From the NCBI GenBank assembly GCA_000002445.1, contig CP000067.1, positions 96,001-160,000 on the forward strand: a stretch of 64,000 bases of DNA, written 5' to 3'. Shown here one piece after another: positions 20,649 to 32,071 of this stretch. How positions within the stretch are numbered: position 1 is the first letter of the stretch; the number at the start of each line of letters is the position of its first letter. The translations under genes and the position numbers were made by a program. The notes under the pieces are model-generated. The model ran no database searches and was not told the origin of the DNA. It was given only the letters and a program-made list of their open reading frames with translations. The stretch is from Trypanosoma brucei (lineage: Eukaryota).

Positions 20649-21270
20649 ACCCAAAGACCAGAAACCCACACAACCTTACGCTCAGTGTGTGCTTCAAAGC
20701 ACTCTCACAGTGCCAACCAACCACCCACGAAAAAAAAATAAAAACAGGGGTAACAATTGGACAAATAAGCGGAGAATGAAAGGAAAAGAAAAGGAGAGAA
20801 ATGCATTCAGAAGGTTTAAAGGAAGAGGGAAAAAAAAGAGTTAAAACATCTGGAGTTTCCAAACATCGGATGGAAAGAAGGGCAAATTCCTAAATTGTCG
20901 TGGAGGCAAGCATAAATAAGAAAGATAATATATGAGCGTGTGTTTGTAGAAGTAAGTGGACACACACGCACAGAATAAAGGTGAGGAGGGTGAATGTTGG
21001 AATGTAGAAAAAGAGGGAGAAAGCAAGAGATAGACGGGGAGCAGGCGAATGTGTGGAATTCAGTTCGTCATGTGATGCTTGTTATTGCTTTGAAAGTACA
21101 CAAACAACAAACTAAAATAGGATGGGGAAGAACCCACCACACTTCGCATTTTCCCCCTTTTTAAAAAGAGGAAAAACTTAAGTTATTCATATATTTCCCT
21201 CCACCTGCACTCTCTTATTTAACTCGCTGAAACTTTTATTACTTTTTTCGCAGCAAATGCAAACATCGGT

Positions 21271-21296
21271 ACACACACACACACACACACACACAC
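21271..21296. repeat. (AC)13 microsatellite.
   Basis: ggtacacacacacacacacacacacacacattt, intergenic between the RRM gene and CAF40. Confidence 0.9.
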
Positions 21297-21384
21297 ATTT
21301 ATATATGTACACACAAACAGGATTTTCTCCCCCTTCCCCTTCCCTTTCCCCCTTTTCCCCTTATATAGACTGTTTCTTAGAAAC

Positions 21385-22335
21385 TCACGCACTGGCATCA
21401 CCGCCTTGTGGCTTCCCACCTGCGAGAAGCGACTCGTGAAGCTTCGTGGCGCCCGCATCACCGATATTTACTAACAACTGAAGCAAATTCCTCACCAGTC
21501 CCGTATTACTCTCAAGTGCTTGTTTGTAAGTGGCATTACGCAGGGCTTGTGGTAAACAACGGCTCAAAGCCTCACGTCCCCTCTGGTTCTCAGAAAGACG
21601 GAGGTAGCAGCGAATAATGTACCTTAACAGACGTGTGCTGCAATCTTTTGATTCCACCAATTTCCCCAGCACCGTAGCCACAGCCGTGAACCGTTCAGGA
21701 GTTAGGCATACATATTTCAAACCTCCCTCTGAGTTAAGGAGCCTCTGCACGATAAATGTCGCCAAAGTTTTTGAAAATTCAGTTCCAGACTCCATGATGT
21801 TGAGGCAAAGGGGGAATATCTCCGTGTTGAGAAGGTACTGAACAACATCATGATCATCTGTTTTTACAAGAGCGCCAATAACACCAAGGGAAGTGAGTCG
21901 CAACCCTTCAGTCCCTTCATTCATCCCACGGAGAAATGGGTAGAGGAAGAGACACATTTGTGAATCGAGAAACATGCGTCGAGTGGATTCATGGAAAGCA
22001 ACAGCTTGCAGAAGAGTCAACACGCTGCTCACACGATTTGCCATTCCCTTGGCAAGAAGATGAGGTGTACTTAACAAGGGATAGACAGAAATTATTTCCT
22101 GCAATAGAACTGACATGATCCCCACGCCATACCACAACGCAGGTCCGAGATGATGATATGATTCGCGATCTTTTGCCAACTCCAAAATGGAGTTCTCACG
22201 CGTCTCAGGTTTGTAAAGCCCTTCGAGGTATTGAAACATACGACGCATATCCTCCGAAACGGGAGGTTGCTGCTTTGCTGCAGCCTGCTGTGGTTGATAA
22301 AACCCGTAAGGCAAATACGCTTGGGTTTGGTGCAT
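21385..22335 (-). CDS. CAF40: CCR4-NOT complex subunit CAF40 / NOT9 (Rcd1 family).
   Basis: Track start at 22341 is GTG; ATG at 22335. Near-colinear match to human RQCD1/CNOT9: [56 protein letters not shown] vs [56 protein letters not shown]; and [28 protein letters not shown] vs [28 protein letters not shown]. Confidence 0.9.
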   Translation of the reverse strand: [316 protein letters not shown]

Positions 22336-23853
22336 GGTCACGAAAATCCTCTACAAATAAAAATAAAAATAAAACAAGAACGCAAAAGGGAAAAAAAAAC
22401 TTGCGAAATCAAAAAATAAAAAAGAAAAGAGGGCAAATGAGGGAAAGGAAGCATTGTAGTAGTGAATAAAGAAAAAATGGGGAGGGAGAAAACAAGAGAA
22501 TCCGTACACATTTCACACAGCCTCACAGTAGCAACAAAACGAAAAAAAAACACTGGCAGGTCGTCCACATACGAACATGAACACAAACGCAGAAACGGAA
22601 GGCGTGAAAGTCACTCAGTTGACAAGTCGCACTTTGATTACCGAGGCAGAATGGGCATGCGGAGGAGTAGATAATGGACAACTTAAATGATGCAGTGAGA
22701 AAATAAGAAGGGAGGGAAAATAAAAACGAGATGACAGTGCCTTCCTTTATTTTAAAACGATAACGGGAGACCAGCAGTTTAGACCCTCTGTGATGGGGAA
22801 AACAACCGGTGCTACAAAAACCCGCAGGGGAAAAACCAAGTCTTTGAAGTATCCCCGTAATTTATCTTCCCATTTCCTTTGTTCTTTCTTTTTCTCTTCC
22901 CCCTTGCTTGCCTTTTTCTCTCCTTTCCATTGTTTTGCTTTGCCCTCTCATGAAACGACAATTTCTTCTCCGACACGGCACGGTACGGGCCAATACTATA
23001 CATCGTGCAAGCCTTTATCTGCTTTCTGAAGGATGGATAAAGCCATACACTCGAAAAAGACAAAAAGCAAAGCAAAACAAAACAGAATAGAACAAAGAGT
23101 CAGCAATAAAAACCACAGTGGCCCTATATTCACTTCCACACACTCAGCTCATGAAAACACGCTAACGCAGCAGAAGTGGACAAGGCAAGGGTGAAAAATA
23201 AGACAAACGTGAAACCGACACGGGCTTCGAATTAACACTCGATGGCAAACACGTTTCATACGAACTAAAGGCCGGTTCATCCATCCCCCCCCCACTCACA
23301 CACACACCTCGTCTTCTTGATAAGTTCCACTTTTATGTCGATCATATTCATAAATCTTTACTCAAGTCGGGTATATCCTGCCACTTGAAGAAGAAAAAAG
23401 ACGTGTCCTCCTTCCTTCACTCACCAGAGGTTTAGCAACTCAATAAATGTTCCTTTAAAGAAAATGCAAAGGCTGCACACAACACGTCCCTTAAGCACGA
23501 TTAAAAGCGAGACACAACCCAACTGCCAGTCGTTTTTTCTTTTTTTTTCCTTTCCTCTCCCGTTTACTCTTTTATTGCTTTCAATGAGTTAACCGAACTA
23601 GTAAAGAGGCGCCACCCCCGCGCCCCGCGTAACCCACCTCTTGTCCACACCTTCACTCCCGTCTGCCACAATCAAAACAACATAACATAGAGCAAACGAA
23701 CCACAACAGAAGGCGCAAAAGAGGATTTCCCCTTATCCAAAAGGCTGAAAATAAAACAATAGAAAAAAACAGACACGTTGCCACATAAGCCAATACCAAC
23801 AGTGTTGTCCAGCAGCACTTAACAACATATCAGAAGTGAACCACAACAACACT

Positions 23854-26800
23854 TTACCAGAACGGATACCAACCCGCCCATGACTGAGCGACGTTAGTAA
23901 TATCTGTCGCCTCAACAATCAGCCGTGCAACCTGTACTTTTGGATCGGTACTTTTGGTGTCGCCTTTTGTTCTTAAGAACTCCTCCCCTTTCAGCTTCGA
24001 TCGAACTCGCTGAAATACCTTAACACCTTTATGAACTACATCGTCATCCGGTATGGATGCACAGCGGGTGAGTTTGGAGTCCACAGTGAACATATCGTCC
24101 CTTACAGGTGCACCAGGAAATGCAACGGATGACATCCGCGGTCCCACCGCTTCACTTTGTTCATCAATGTTTTTATGTACTGTGGAGTCCCCAGGTTCCT
24201 TTTTCATGTGGTTCAATAACCTCCAAGAGATGAGTGGGTCCTGAATAAAGGCCTCAAGAATGGCAAGCACGCTCCGGCTTCCATCGCGCAGAACGCACAT
24301 GGCGGTCTCTGCGATTGAACGAAATGGTCCGTCGACACCAAACACGTCCAATGCATTGCGTATCATTCGTGTCAAGCGGAAGGGCACCCTTTCAGGGAAC
24401 ATTTGACGTGTCATCGCAACTTCAAAGCAGTCACCAAAATCGATATGGACAAATAACCCAGACGTACGTTGAATCATCACATTGTTGGGGTGCCGATCCC
24501 CCAAACCGAGAATATAACCAACCATACACGTGGTTGCCGAAGATGTTGTAAACACCTGCCTTTGCTCAAGCCACATCTCACAATTGGAAGCTGAGGCCCA
24601 CATTGCCTTTCTAACATCGTGACCTGAAGTATGATCTGCAAGGAACTCCATCACCTCAACCTTCGATATCATCGTGAGGTGGTCGTAGGTTTTTGGCCTA
24701 TCGCATACAATGATTTGATTCATCATGCGCAACTCGAGCTCCGGTGGAATACCACGAAACTTCCTGTACTTCGTCACGAGCGTGTGTAACGTGTCACAGC
24801 CGCTAACCCAACCAATAAGACCCACCGTGTCCTTGAGTGGTGTGACAGAATACCGCTGAATCTGGAATCCAGGATTCTTGCAGGTTCTTGAGTCCGTCAT
24901 CATGAGAGTGTTCACAAGTCTAAAGAGTTGCATTACCCTCTCATCAAGACGCAGATCCTCACGACCCTTCAACAAATACTTTTGTGTTTCTCCATCCACT
25001 GTTGTGACGCTAAGCCTCTTAGGTCGCTGTTTACTTCCAATCACAGTGAGTGTGCCGTTAAAGGAGGCAGTACACCTTACCGCACAATCCTCGGATGGCA
25101 TCGCATCGGGGAGTCCCACTGCGAGATTTCTTGCTTCAAACAGCTTTGGACTACAAAATGAAAGGTGCAACTTACTTTGAGACCTTATCTGTTTGTCGAT
25201 TTGTTGATAAACTGCATGGTAAATGTTCCAAGCCGAGTGAAGGTCAGCTATAGATCCCGTTCGGAGGTATGATTGAAGCCACTCTTGGGCCCTATCAAGC
25301 TTATTGCCGAACTTACAAGTAAACTCAGCCTCGACAATAGTATCTGTGGAGAGGTGCAGCTTCTCGTGCAAAGGAAGAAGCACGTCTAGCATACCTTTAT
25401 AGTCGTTTCGGTCAAAAAATGCGGTAGCGGAACATTCCAGCATATGATACCACTGCTCATGCAAGAGGTCCGAAGTCCGCACCAACTCGTCTACAAGGAT
25501 TCGCCCCTGATTAACCACAAGAGGGTGTTTGCTCTGCAGTTTGTCAAGAATTATATTTGCGTACTTCCTCCGCCTCCTAGAGTTGGACATTGCGCACAGG
25601 TTGAGGGGATAAATTAGCGAGAGTGGACAATCAAAACTGACAGTTGTTAGAATCTCCGCGACAAGCTCACAGCTGCCATCGGAACCGGAGTCCAGACGCG
25701 CAATGAGTTGCGGAACCACCAATTTCCAAGCGCGCGGCGACACCTCGAAAACCCGCTTACGTAACTCCTTCAACCCACTTTCCTGATCACAATGACGACT
25801 GAGTAAAGTGAGGAGCTTCAAAACATCCTGAATAATGGTGGAATCTGAGTTTCCCAGTTTAATGCTCTGTATATAGCCTTCAATTGCGGCTGCGCATGTG
25901 GCGTCGGAGAATGTGACATCGAGCATCTCCGCATTCGACTCCGCAAACATGCGCCACGCGTGGAACCATTTAGGGCAATAAGTTGTAGCCGCCTTGTAGC
26001 ATTGCACAGCCTCAGAAAGTTCTGCACTGCTGCCAAGCCTCGCATAAGCGCTCGACAAGAGAAAAGCGTTCTCATTCCTTGAGTGTGTATCGATCATCCT
26101 CTTCAGCAGGTCACGCTCGAGACCATAAGAACTCTTTGGTCCAAGCTCACCGTTTGCAGAGAGAAAACTAATGTACTGCATCACTACACGGGGGTTTGCG
26201 TTGCTGTGCATGAGCTGTTCCGATGTTGGGCAGCGATAACCCAACAACTGACACAAAATGAAACGCTCGTGTTGCTTTGCCTTCTCGCGCCGACAAAGAT
26301 TCACAAAGCGAAGACGTGTAGCAACGTCCTCGCCTGGCGGAATGAGCAAGCCACGCACCCCGAGGACCTCCTTCCATGCAGAAACTGTAGAGGACATCAT
26401 CTCAATGCGTTGGCTCCACAAACGCAGGACGCGGCTCAGATGATGCGTTGAAGACACCACCTCCGCTCGCTTTACCGTCACGATCTCTTCCAATTCAGAC
26501 AGCTTTTGCGCAATAACGAGACCTTCGTACGCGCGAGTGTACGATTGATGCAAAAGCCCTGAAAGATCCTCTAAAAGTAGCTTCCGCCCCTCATTGATTG
26601 CCGAAGTTGCCTCTTCGTAGCGGCGCTTGTGAATGCTAAGCGCAGCACGCGAGACATGGTACGACACAGTATCGTTTAGTTGCCAACGCGTGGTGTCCTC
26701 CAGTGTATCCCACGCCTGCAGGCGTATTGAAGCATCAGCGGCGCACTGTGACACGTAGAAAAGGGTGTTTTCTTCCCTCTTCTGCTCGTCCCTACCGTTA

Positions 26801-29800
26801 TATTTTTGAAACAGTACCTTCCACTGCTCAAGCACTGCATCATAATCACCAGCTTCGCTTAGTGCGTACAATGTATTAACCTCATTTTCCATTTCAGGGT
26901 CTAACTTCACATCCTCACCATTGAAGGAACTGTTGGCATCCGAGCGGGAACGACCACCCACCCCACACATTCGCCGGAGAGACTCCTGCCGCGATAACCA
27001 CTTCACTGAGTACTCGTCGCTGCCATCCGATTCACTACGCTCATTGTCAATACATCCTTGTAGGAGTTTCAAGCTTTCTGAATGTCCAGTGACCATAAGA
27101 AGCCCCGACTGCTGCAATTCACGGTAAAGACTAAACAGGTACTTCGCTGTCCCCCGAGGATCCTTCCTGTATGCCGCTTCGCACCAATAGAGAGCCTTTG
27201 CGAGCATCCCCCGACCCCATGCACATCTAGAAAGAATACTGGGAGCAATGGGAAGTGCCATCCCCACATTGTCCATATATTCCGCGACGGTGAGGAGAGC
27301 GGAGACCACCTCATCGGGTACAGCGGAGGACTCCATGGCTTGTTGTAGAACCTGGAAGAAGAAATCGGCGAGAGACGAGCGAACGGATGCACTCGCAAAG
27401 TTCCAGAGGGCCCGAAACGCGTGCGGAGCGATATCTTGAGTGAACTGGGGTGAGCAATCCACTAGTGGCGAGGTGTTAGCAGTCAGCGGTAGCGAGATAC
27501 ACCGAAAAACTCTGTAAGGGGATTCCTGCATGATGACACAAGAGAAGTCATTGAGCCACCTGAGCCATTCCTCCTTAGTAAGGGGAGCCGTTCTGGTCGT
27601 GCTGATGATCAGCTTCTCAGAGAAGGGAAGGGGGCGCTCTCCATCATCAGAATTCCAGCCCTTCTCGTCCACATTTCCCCGTGTGCTCAACACCTTGTCC
27701 AAATCAGAGACGTGGCGAAGGGCGATGCCTTCACACTCCTTGAGGAGTCGCACCACTTGCTTTTGATGCTCTGTTACAAAACCTTTACTCAAGGTGCAAA
27801 CGCCACCCTTCATTAACGTTCCATGGAGGGTAATTAATTCGTTATTTGATACGCGAAGGGTTTTCAGTGTCCGAAGCACCTCCGATGAATATTTGACAAA
27901 CTCGCTCTGCAATACTGTCATTAAAACGCAAAAAACACCCATGATGCGGCTGACGAACGCGTTTTGCTCCGTCGCCCTCATAGATGTTGAAAGCCGAGTT
28001 TTCAAACAGCTGAGAAGCCCGCGAACAATGAGACCCGCAAATTCATCAACGTGAAGGCGGAAACAAACCACACGGAGCGTCGTTATGACAGACAACGCAA
28101 AATCAATGGGACACCTTTGTGCAGCCCGCAAGAGATTGGTGACAACCGTCTCCACGCACGTTTTCAGTGTTTGTGTATGCTTCAAGATGTACTCTATGAT
28201 GGCATAGCGTAAGGACTCGGATGACTCAATATCGTTAAGAGCGTCAAACTTGATGGGGGACATCCGCATGTTGCTCCTCCTCGATTCCGCCTTACCGTCC
28301 GCTTCAAGGGTGACAAGCGTAAGAGCAAGTCGGACAGCAAGAAAACGATACTTTGACGATTTTACCCATGACTCATCAATCAAATTGTACAGTAAATGAG
28401 CGTGTGAAAGTGCCGCCACCCCAACATACCTTATGATCTGCGTTAGTTCATGCAGCAGAGTGCCTAATAAACGGCACGCACTGAGTTCACTCACGGCACG
28501 AACCACTGGTGGAATCACAACGGCAATTTCTCCCCGCGAGTCGGGGCATGATTCTGCAATGTTGAGAATCGTTTGAATTCCCACACGCAGTACATTATCT
28601 TTTCCCCCCGAAAAACGCTTCTCACTTAGATCCAGCAGAGAAGCGATGGAGCGTATAACCACACGGCAACACATGGCATGGCTAAGAGTGCTCGGCTCGT
28701 TTCGTTTCATTTCCTCATGTCTGCAAGTCCGATTGACGACTGTGGAATGGAAAATGCTGATGTCAAGTGCGCCAATAACTCCGGCGCAGCGTAGTGCCTC
28801 AAGACGAACGTCCAAGTCCTCATCGTTATTTTTCACGATACCGCTTAACTGCTGGTAAAGATGAGGGTACACCTCATACGGCGACCGGCCTTCGATCTGC
28901 GGGCCCAGTGTAGCAGACAGGAACCGAAGACACCACAAACGCAACTCAACAGACTCGCTGTCAAGGGGTAGAGCTTTGAGCAGCATGTACGCACGGTCCA
29001 CTTCTACTCTGAAAATGGCATCGGTATTCCCAAAAAAATGGGCAGCATGCGCTACTGACGTACAGCAACGCAGTAGATGTTGCAAAATAGAAGAGTGGAT
29101 GTTGACCGTTGAGAAATGGTGCCCAAGTGCTTTGATGATACCATCCGCGAAGTTCATGACAAATTGTGGTGCGTTGGATGCGGCTGCATCCAGCAGTTGA
29201 AGCCCACTTTGCACGGCACCTGTGTTGTCGCTAGTGGATACCGTATGTAATATCTGAACAATTTGTTTGCGAAATATTGGTAATATGTGGGATGGGTCGT
29301 GAAAGGTCATGCGGCAGAGCAGTACGGTGGCAGCTACCCGACAACTTATATCCTCATCCCCAAGTGCAGCGTAGATCGAAGTCACAAACTGCACCTCCTT
29401 CAAAAACGGATAAAATGGTTCTGTAAACGAAGAGAGAATTCCTTTCCTAACGACCGGGTCGGGGTTTGACAGCCCAACCACAAGCATACGAGACAAAATT
29501 ACATCAACACATATTCTGCGTGCCATTGTAAGCTCACCCTTAACACCAGGGGGGATTAGCAGCGTGCAAATTGTACGAACTGCCGCGGTGCGAACCGATA
29601 CACTTTCACTGTCGATGAGGGGCAACACCGAGTCCCGCAAGAAGTCACCCATCAGCTCCGAATCGGAAAACCCAAATTGGACTAATGCATCAAGAGCAAC
29701 TGTTATTTGGCTCTCAGTTGGTTCTGACTCCACTTTCATGGTAATGGTACCCTTCGAACCGGGTTGCTGACGAAACGGTAGACCGCACAAAGTTACGGAA

Positions 29801-31092
29801 ATCATATCCAACAAACCCTCCTCTAACCTCGATCGGTACTTAGCGCTAGACGACGCTATGATGTGTGGCATGCTTTCGATAAGGGGCAGCGACAATCCCC
29901 AACGAAATATGTTTTCTATGCAAGGCTCGATGTAGCTCTCCACATCGACAGGTGGGCATACATGGCATATCACTGAAAAGCATCTGACTGCCTCCCAGCA
30001 CGGTTTAGATGACTTCCCAGATACGTAACGCACAGCATTGCATGTTTCATTGACGAACGGACGAAACGCCACGTCTGTAACCAATACAATGATTTCACTG
30101 AGCATATTGAACGACGCGGCAACTTGATAGCCGTTCTCAATTGATTTGAGAGCAAAACCAACCGTGTCCTTCAGTTGATTGGTGATGAACAACGTTGTGC
30201 TATAGCGGCACAGCACGATAAGGCAGCGAAAGAGAAGTTCTCTCAACTCAGCAATGTTGGTGGACCCCCCAGTCATCACATAAGGGACCAGCATAATGGA
30301 CATATCCTCGTATCGAGGTTGAGATGCAGTTCCCACTGAAGTCATCACCACAGTTTCAAAGGCCAGCAAGCCAGCCATGTTGCTCTCTCTAGACTTCGCG
30401 GCGAGATTGAACTTGAGTTGATGAAGCAACGAGTCTACCGTTTTCTTCCTGTTAACTGGAGATCGACTGCAAAGTAATTTTCCGCAATCCATAAAAAGCA
30501 GATGCGAAATCTCCCGTATCATCGCATCTGAAGAGGCTAACATACCCCACAACTTTTCAAATAAGGAATCCAACATGTCGAGAATTCGCATAGGAATTTT
30601 AGTCACCACCTCCTGTAGCATCAACAAGGCGCACACTCTCTGTGCATGAGTTATATTTTCCTTCAAATCTATTGCCAAAAAAGCGCCCTCCACCTGCTCT
30701 TGAACGAAGTCCGACGTCATACTCGTCACGAGTGTCTCTCCAAAAGCACGGGAGGCGACGAAGGCAACTGACACGTCCTGCACATGAGTCAAACAAATGC
30801 TAAGATAACTATTGCACTGAGATACCTGATTGGCTGTAAGGTCTAATTGCAGCAACGTCGCCAGCGTCACGAGCGCGCACTTGACCTCTGCTGTACCACC
30901 CTCAACTACATCAAAGTTTTCCAAACAAAACAATAAACATGACACTAAGTTTTCATATTCCTGCTGATTCTTTCTTTGATTATCTTTTGCCTGCTTAACA
31001 ACCTCAGCGGCGTAAATGACATCACATTTTGAAGAAACCGCAATTGTCCGGATGAGCGCCTCCACTTTCCGCGCATCGTACCCAAGTGACAT
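23854..31092 (-). CDS. TOR2: TOR serine/threonine kinase (HEAT/FAT - FRB - PI3K-like kinase - FATC), 2412 aa from the conserved ATG.
   Basis: FRB-like segment LHEQWYHMLE...LLPLHEKL...AQEWLQSYLRTGSIADLHSAWNIYHAVYQQI vs mTOR WHEMWHEGLE...LEPLHAMM...[31 protein letters not shown]. Kinase core LKGREDLRLDERVMQLFRLVNTLM...GLIGWV..CDTLH...GYILGLGDRHPNNVM...HIDFGDCFEVAMTRQMFPERVPFRLTRM. FATC ending ...WAGWYPFW. The track ORF adds 43 upstream codons (FFPPPLY..FSSFLFLYHLFL) that translate the polypyrimidine tract; ATG confirmed at 31092-31090 (MSLGYDARKVEALIRT). The TOR2 symbol rests on its adjacency to CAF40, which matches my recollection of T. brucei chromosome 4; the sequence alone supports only 'FRB-containing TOR'. 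Confidence 0.9.
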   Translation of the reverse strand: MSLGYDARKVEALIRTIAVSSKCDVIYAAEVVKQAKDNQRKNQQEYENLVSCLLFCLENFDVVEGGTAEVKCALVTLATLLQLDLTANQVSQCNSYLSICLTHVQDVSVAFVASRAFGETLVTSMTSDFVQEQVEGAFLAIDLKENITHAQRVCALLMLQEVVTKIPMRILDMLDSLFEKLWGMLASSDAMIREISHLLFMDCGKLLCSRSPVNRKKTVDSLLHQLKFNLAAKSRESNMAGLLAFETVVMTSVGTASQPRYEDMSIMLVPYVMTGGSTNIAELRELLFRCLIVLCRYSTTLFITNQLKDTVGFALKSIENGYQVAASFNMLSEIIVLVTDVAFRPFVNETCNAVRYVSGKSSKPCWEAVRCFSVICHVCPPVDVESYIEPCIENIFRWGLSLPLIESMPHIIASSSAKYRSRLEEGLLDMISVTLCGLPFRQQPGSKGTITMKVESEPTESQITVALDALVQFGFSDSELMGDFLRDSVLPLIDSESVSVRTAAVRTICTLLIPPGVKGELTMARRICVDVILSRMLVVGLSNPDPVVRKGILSSFTEPFYPFLKEVQFVTSIYAALGDEDISCRVAATVLLCRMTFHDPSHILPIFRKQIVQILHTVSTSDNTGAVQSGLQLLDAAASNAPQFVMNFADGIIKALGHHFSTVNIHSSILQHLLRCCTSVAHAAHFFGNTDAIFRVEVDRAYMLLKALPLDSESVELRLWCLRFLSATLGPQIEGRSPYEVYPHLYQQLSGIVKNNDEDLDVRLEALRCAGVIGALDISIFHSTVVNRTCRHEEMKRNEPSTLSHAMCCRVVIRSIASLLDLSEKRFSGGKDNVLRVGIQTILNIAESCPDSRGEIAVVIPPVVRAVSELSACRLLGTLLHELTQIIRYVGVAALSHAHLLYNLIDESWVKSSKYRFLAVRLALTLVTLEADGKAESRRSNMRMSPIKFDALNDIESSESLRYAIIEYILKHTQTLKTCVETVVTNLLRAAQRCPIDFALSVITTLRVVCFRLHVDEFAGLIVRGLLSCLKTRLSTSMRATEQNAFVSRIMGVFCVLMTVLQSEFVKYSSEVLRTLKTLRVSNNELITLHGTLMKGGVCTLSKGFVTEHQKQVVRLLKECEGIALRHVSDLDKVLSTRGNVDEKGWNSDDGERPLPFSEKLIISTTRTAPLTKEEWLRWLNDFSCVIMQESPYRVFRCISLPLTANTSPLVDCSPQFTQDIAPHAFRALWNFASASVRSSLADFFFQVLQQAMESSAVPDEVVSALLTVAEYMDNVGMALPIAPSILSRCAWGRGMLAKALYWCEAAYRKDPRGTAKYLFSLYRELQQSGLLMVTGHSESLKLLQGCIDNERSESDGSDEYSVKWLSRQESLRRMCGVGGRSRSDANSSFNGEDVKLDPEMENEVNTLYALSEAGDYDAVLEQWKVLFQKYNGRDEQKREENTLFYVSQCAADASIRLQAWDTLEDTTRWQLNDTVSYHVSRAALSIHKRRYEEATSAINEGRKLLLEDLSGLLHQSYTRAYEGLVIAQKLSELEEIVTVKRAEVVSSTHHLSRVLRLWSQRIEMMSSTVSAWKEVLGVRGLLIPPGEDVATRLRFVNLCRREKAKQHERFILCQLLGYRCPTSEQLMHSNANPRVVMQYISFLSANGELGPKSSYGLERDLLKRMIDTHSRNENAFLLSSAYARLGSSAELSEAVQCYKAATTYCPKWFHAWRMFAESNAEMLDVTFSDATCAAAIEGYIQSIKLGNSDSTIIQDVLKLLTLLSRHCDQESGLKELRKRVFEVSPRAWKLVVPQLIARLDSGSDGSCELVAEILTTVSFDCPLSLIYPLNLCAMSNSRRRRKYANIILDKLQSKHPLVVNQGRILVDELVRTSDLLHEQWYHMLECSATAFFDRNDYKGMLDVLLPLHEKLHLSTDTIVEAEFTCKFGNKLDRAQEWLQSYLRTGSIADLHSAWNIYHAVYQQIDKQIRSQSKLHLSFCSPKLFEARNLAVGLPDAMPSEDCAVRCTASFNGTLTVIGSKQRPKRLSVTTVDGETQKYLLKGREDLRLDERVMQLFRLVNTLMMTDSRTCKNPGFQIQRYSVTPLKDTVGLIGWVSGCDTLHTLVTKYRKFRGIPPELELRMMNQIIVCDRPKTYDHLTMISKVEVMEFLADHTSGHDVRKAMWASASNCEMWLEQRQVFTTSSATTCMVGYILGLGDRHPNNVMIQRTSGLFVHIDFGDCFEVAMTRQMFPERVPFRLTRMIRNALDVFGVDGPFRSIAETAMCVLRDGSRSVLAILEAFIQDPLISWRLLNHMKKEPGDSTVHKNIDEQSEAVGPRMSSVAFPGAPVRDDMFTVDSKLTRCASIPDDDVVHKGVKVFQRVRSKLKGEEFLRTKGDTKSTDPKVQVARLIVEATDITNVAQSWAGWYPFW

Positions 31093-31096
31093 CCTT

Positions 31097-31200
31097 GGAT
31101 GTACGCAAGCACAAAGAAAGAGATGATAAAGAAATAGAAAAGAAGAAAAACTATAGAATTTACAGTTATAGAGGGGGGGGGGAAAAAACGCACCTATATG
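31097..31200 (-). promoter_or_regulatory. Polypyrimidine tract / spliced-leader acceptor region upstream of the TOR ATG (C10 run plus CT-rich on the transcribed strand).
   Basis: Plus strand 31100-31200 is almost pure purine (aagaaagagatgataaagaaatagaaaagaagaaaaact...gagggggggggg aaaaaa), i.e. a pyrimidine tract on the minus strand about 10-100 nt upstream of the ATG at 31092. Confidence 0.45.
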
Positions 31201-32071
31201 ATTGTGTAACCTTACGTTCAAAGAAGCAGATCAAGTATTTCCCCTTTCCCCTCTTTTTTTGAGTTATATGCTCCTATTCGTTACAAACTCGCAAAGACAC
31301 AAGCATGCACATGCACGCATATACTTTCTGGAAGCGAGCGTAGGTGTAAGTACAACTTGTGTGTTTGTGTTTGCGTACGTCAACGTGGGTACTCTACTAT
31401 GGGCCAAACACTATAACCTTTTCTTTTTCCCACCCCAAATACACACTTTTATATGTTCTTACCTCTTGCTGTAGGTGAGCCTCTATTCACTCTATTTTAT
31501 GGCAGGCAAGATATGTGTTAATATTGAGGGGTGGGCGGTGGGCGAAAATATTGAATTGATGGTATCAAGTTTACGGAGAAAGAAAGATTTTTAAAAAAAA
31601 TAATAAGAAATAAGTGCGTGTATTTATCGAAAAATTGTATGATGCAAAAGGGCATTGAAAGTAACGAACACATAAAGGAGAAGAAAGACTGCAGAGAAAT
31701 GTCGGGAAAGGGTGTGAGAGTGGGAACAAAAAAAAAAACAAAATCATCGAGGAGAGACAGACAGAAGAAAAAATGCAACGCGCGAAAGCCACACAGAACT
31801 GTGGCATCCAGCCACTCCTCAAACCACACAAACGCGCCTCATATCTTCTTTCTCTTCTTCTCTTCTTCTCTCCTTTTCTTCTTTTCTTCTTTCCTTTGTG
31901 TTTTTTTTTCTTCTTTGAGGGGAGAGGAGTTTTTTTTCCCCATCCGTTTGATCATCATGATGTTTGTTCTCTACTTACTTCTCTTAACATTGCACACAAA
32001 CAAAACAAAACGAAACAAAGTTACGAGCTCCACCCACCCCTCCTGCTTGTTTCCTGCGCAAATTACCGAAC

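Noticed and set aside
22342-23853. 1.5-kb spacer between CAF40 and TOR considered for an unannotated gene or ncRNA (contains the GC-rich segment ggcgccacccccgcgccccgcg at about 23600-23625 and plus-strand CT-rich tracts)
   Set aside because: No ORF above 88 aa on the transcribed strand. I could not find a C/D-box (RUGAUGA...CUGA) or H/ACA arrangement, or any tRNA/snRNA hallmark, by eye. Most simply it is the TOR 3' UTR plus the CAF40 5' region. An embedded snoRNA cannot be excluded without a covariance-model scan.
31093-31221. Upstream 43 codons of the track's TOR ORF (MNVRLHNHIGAFFPPPLYNCKFYSFSSFLFLYHLFLCACVHPR)
   Set aside because: This translates the pyrimidine-rich splice-acceptor tract. 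The conserved N-terminus starts at the ATG at 31092. The same artefact occurs for the AlkB-like (40128-40220) and Roadblock-like (48484-48645) ORFs.
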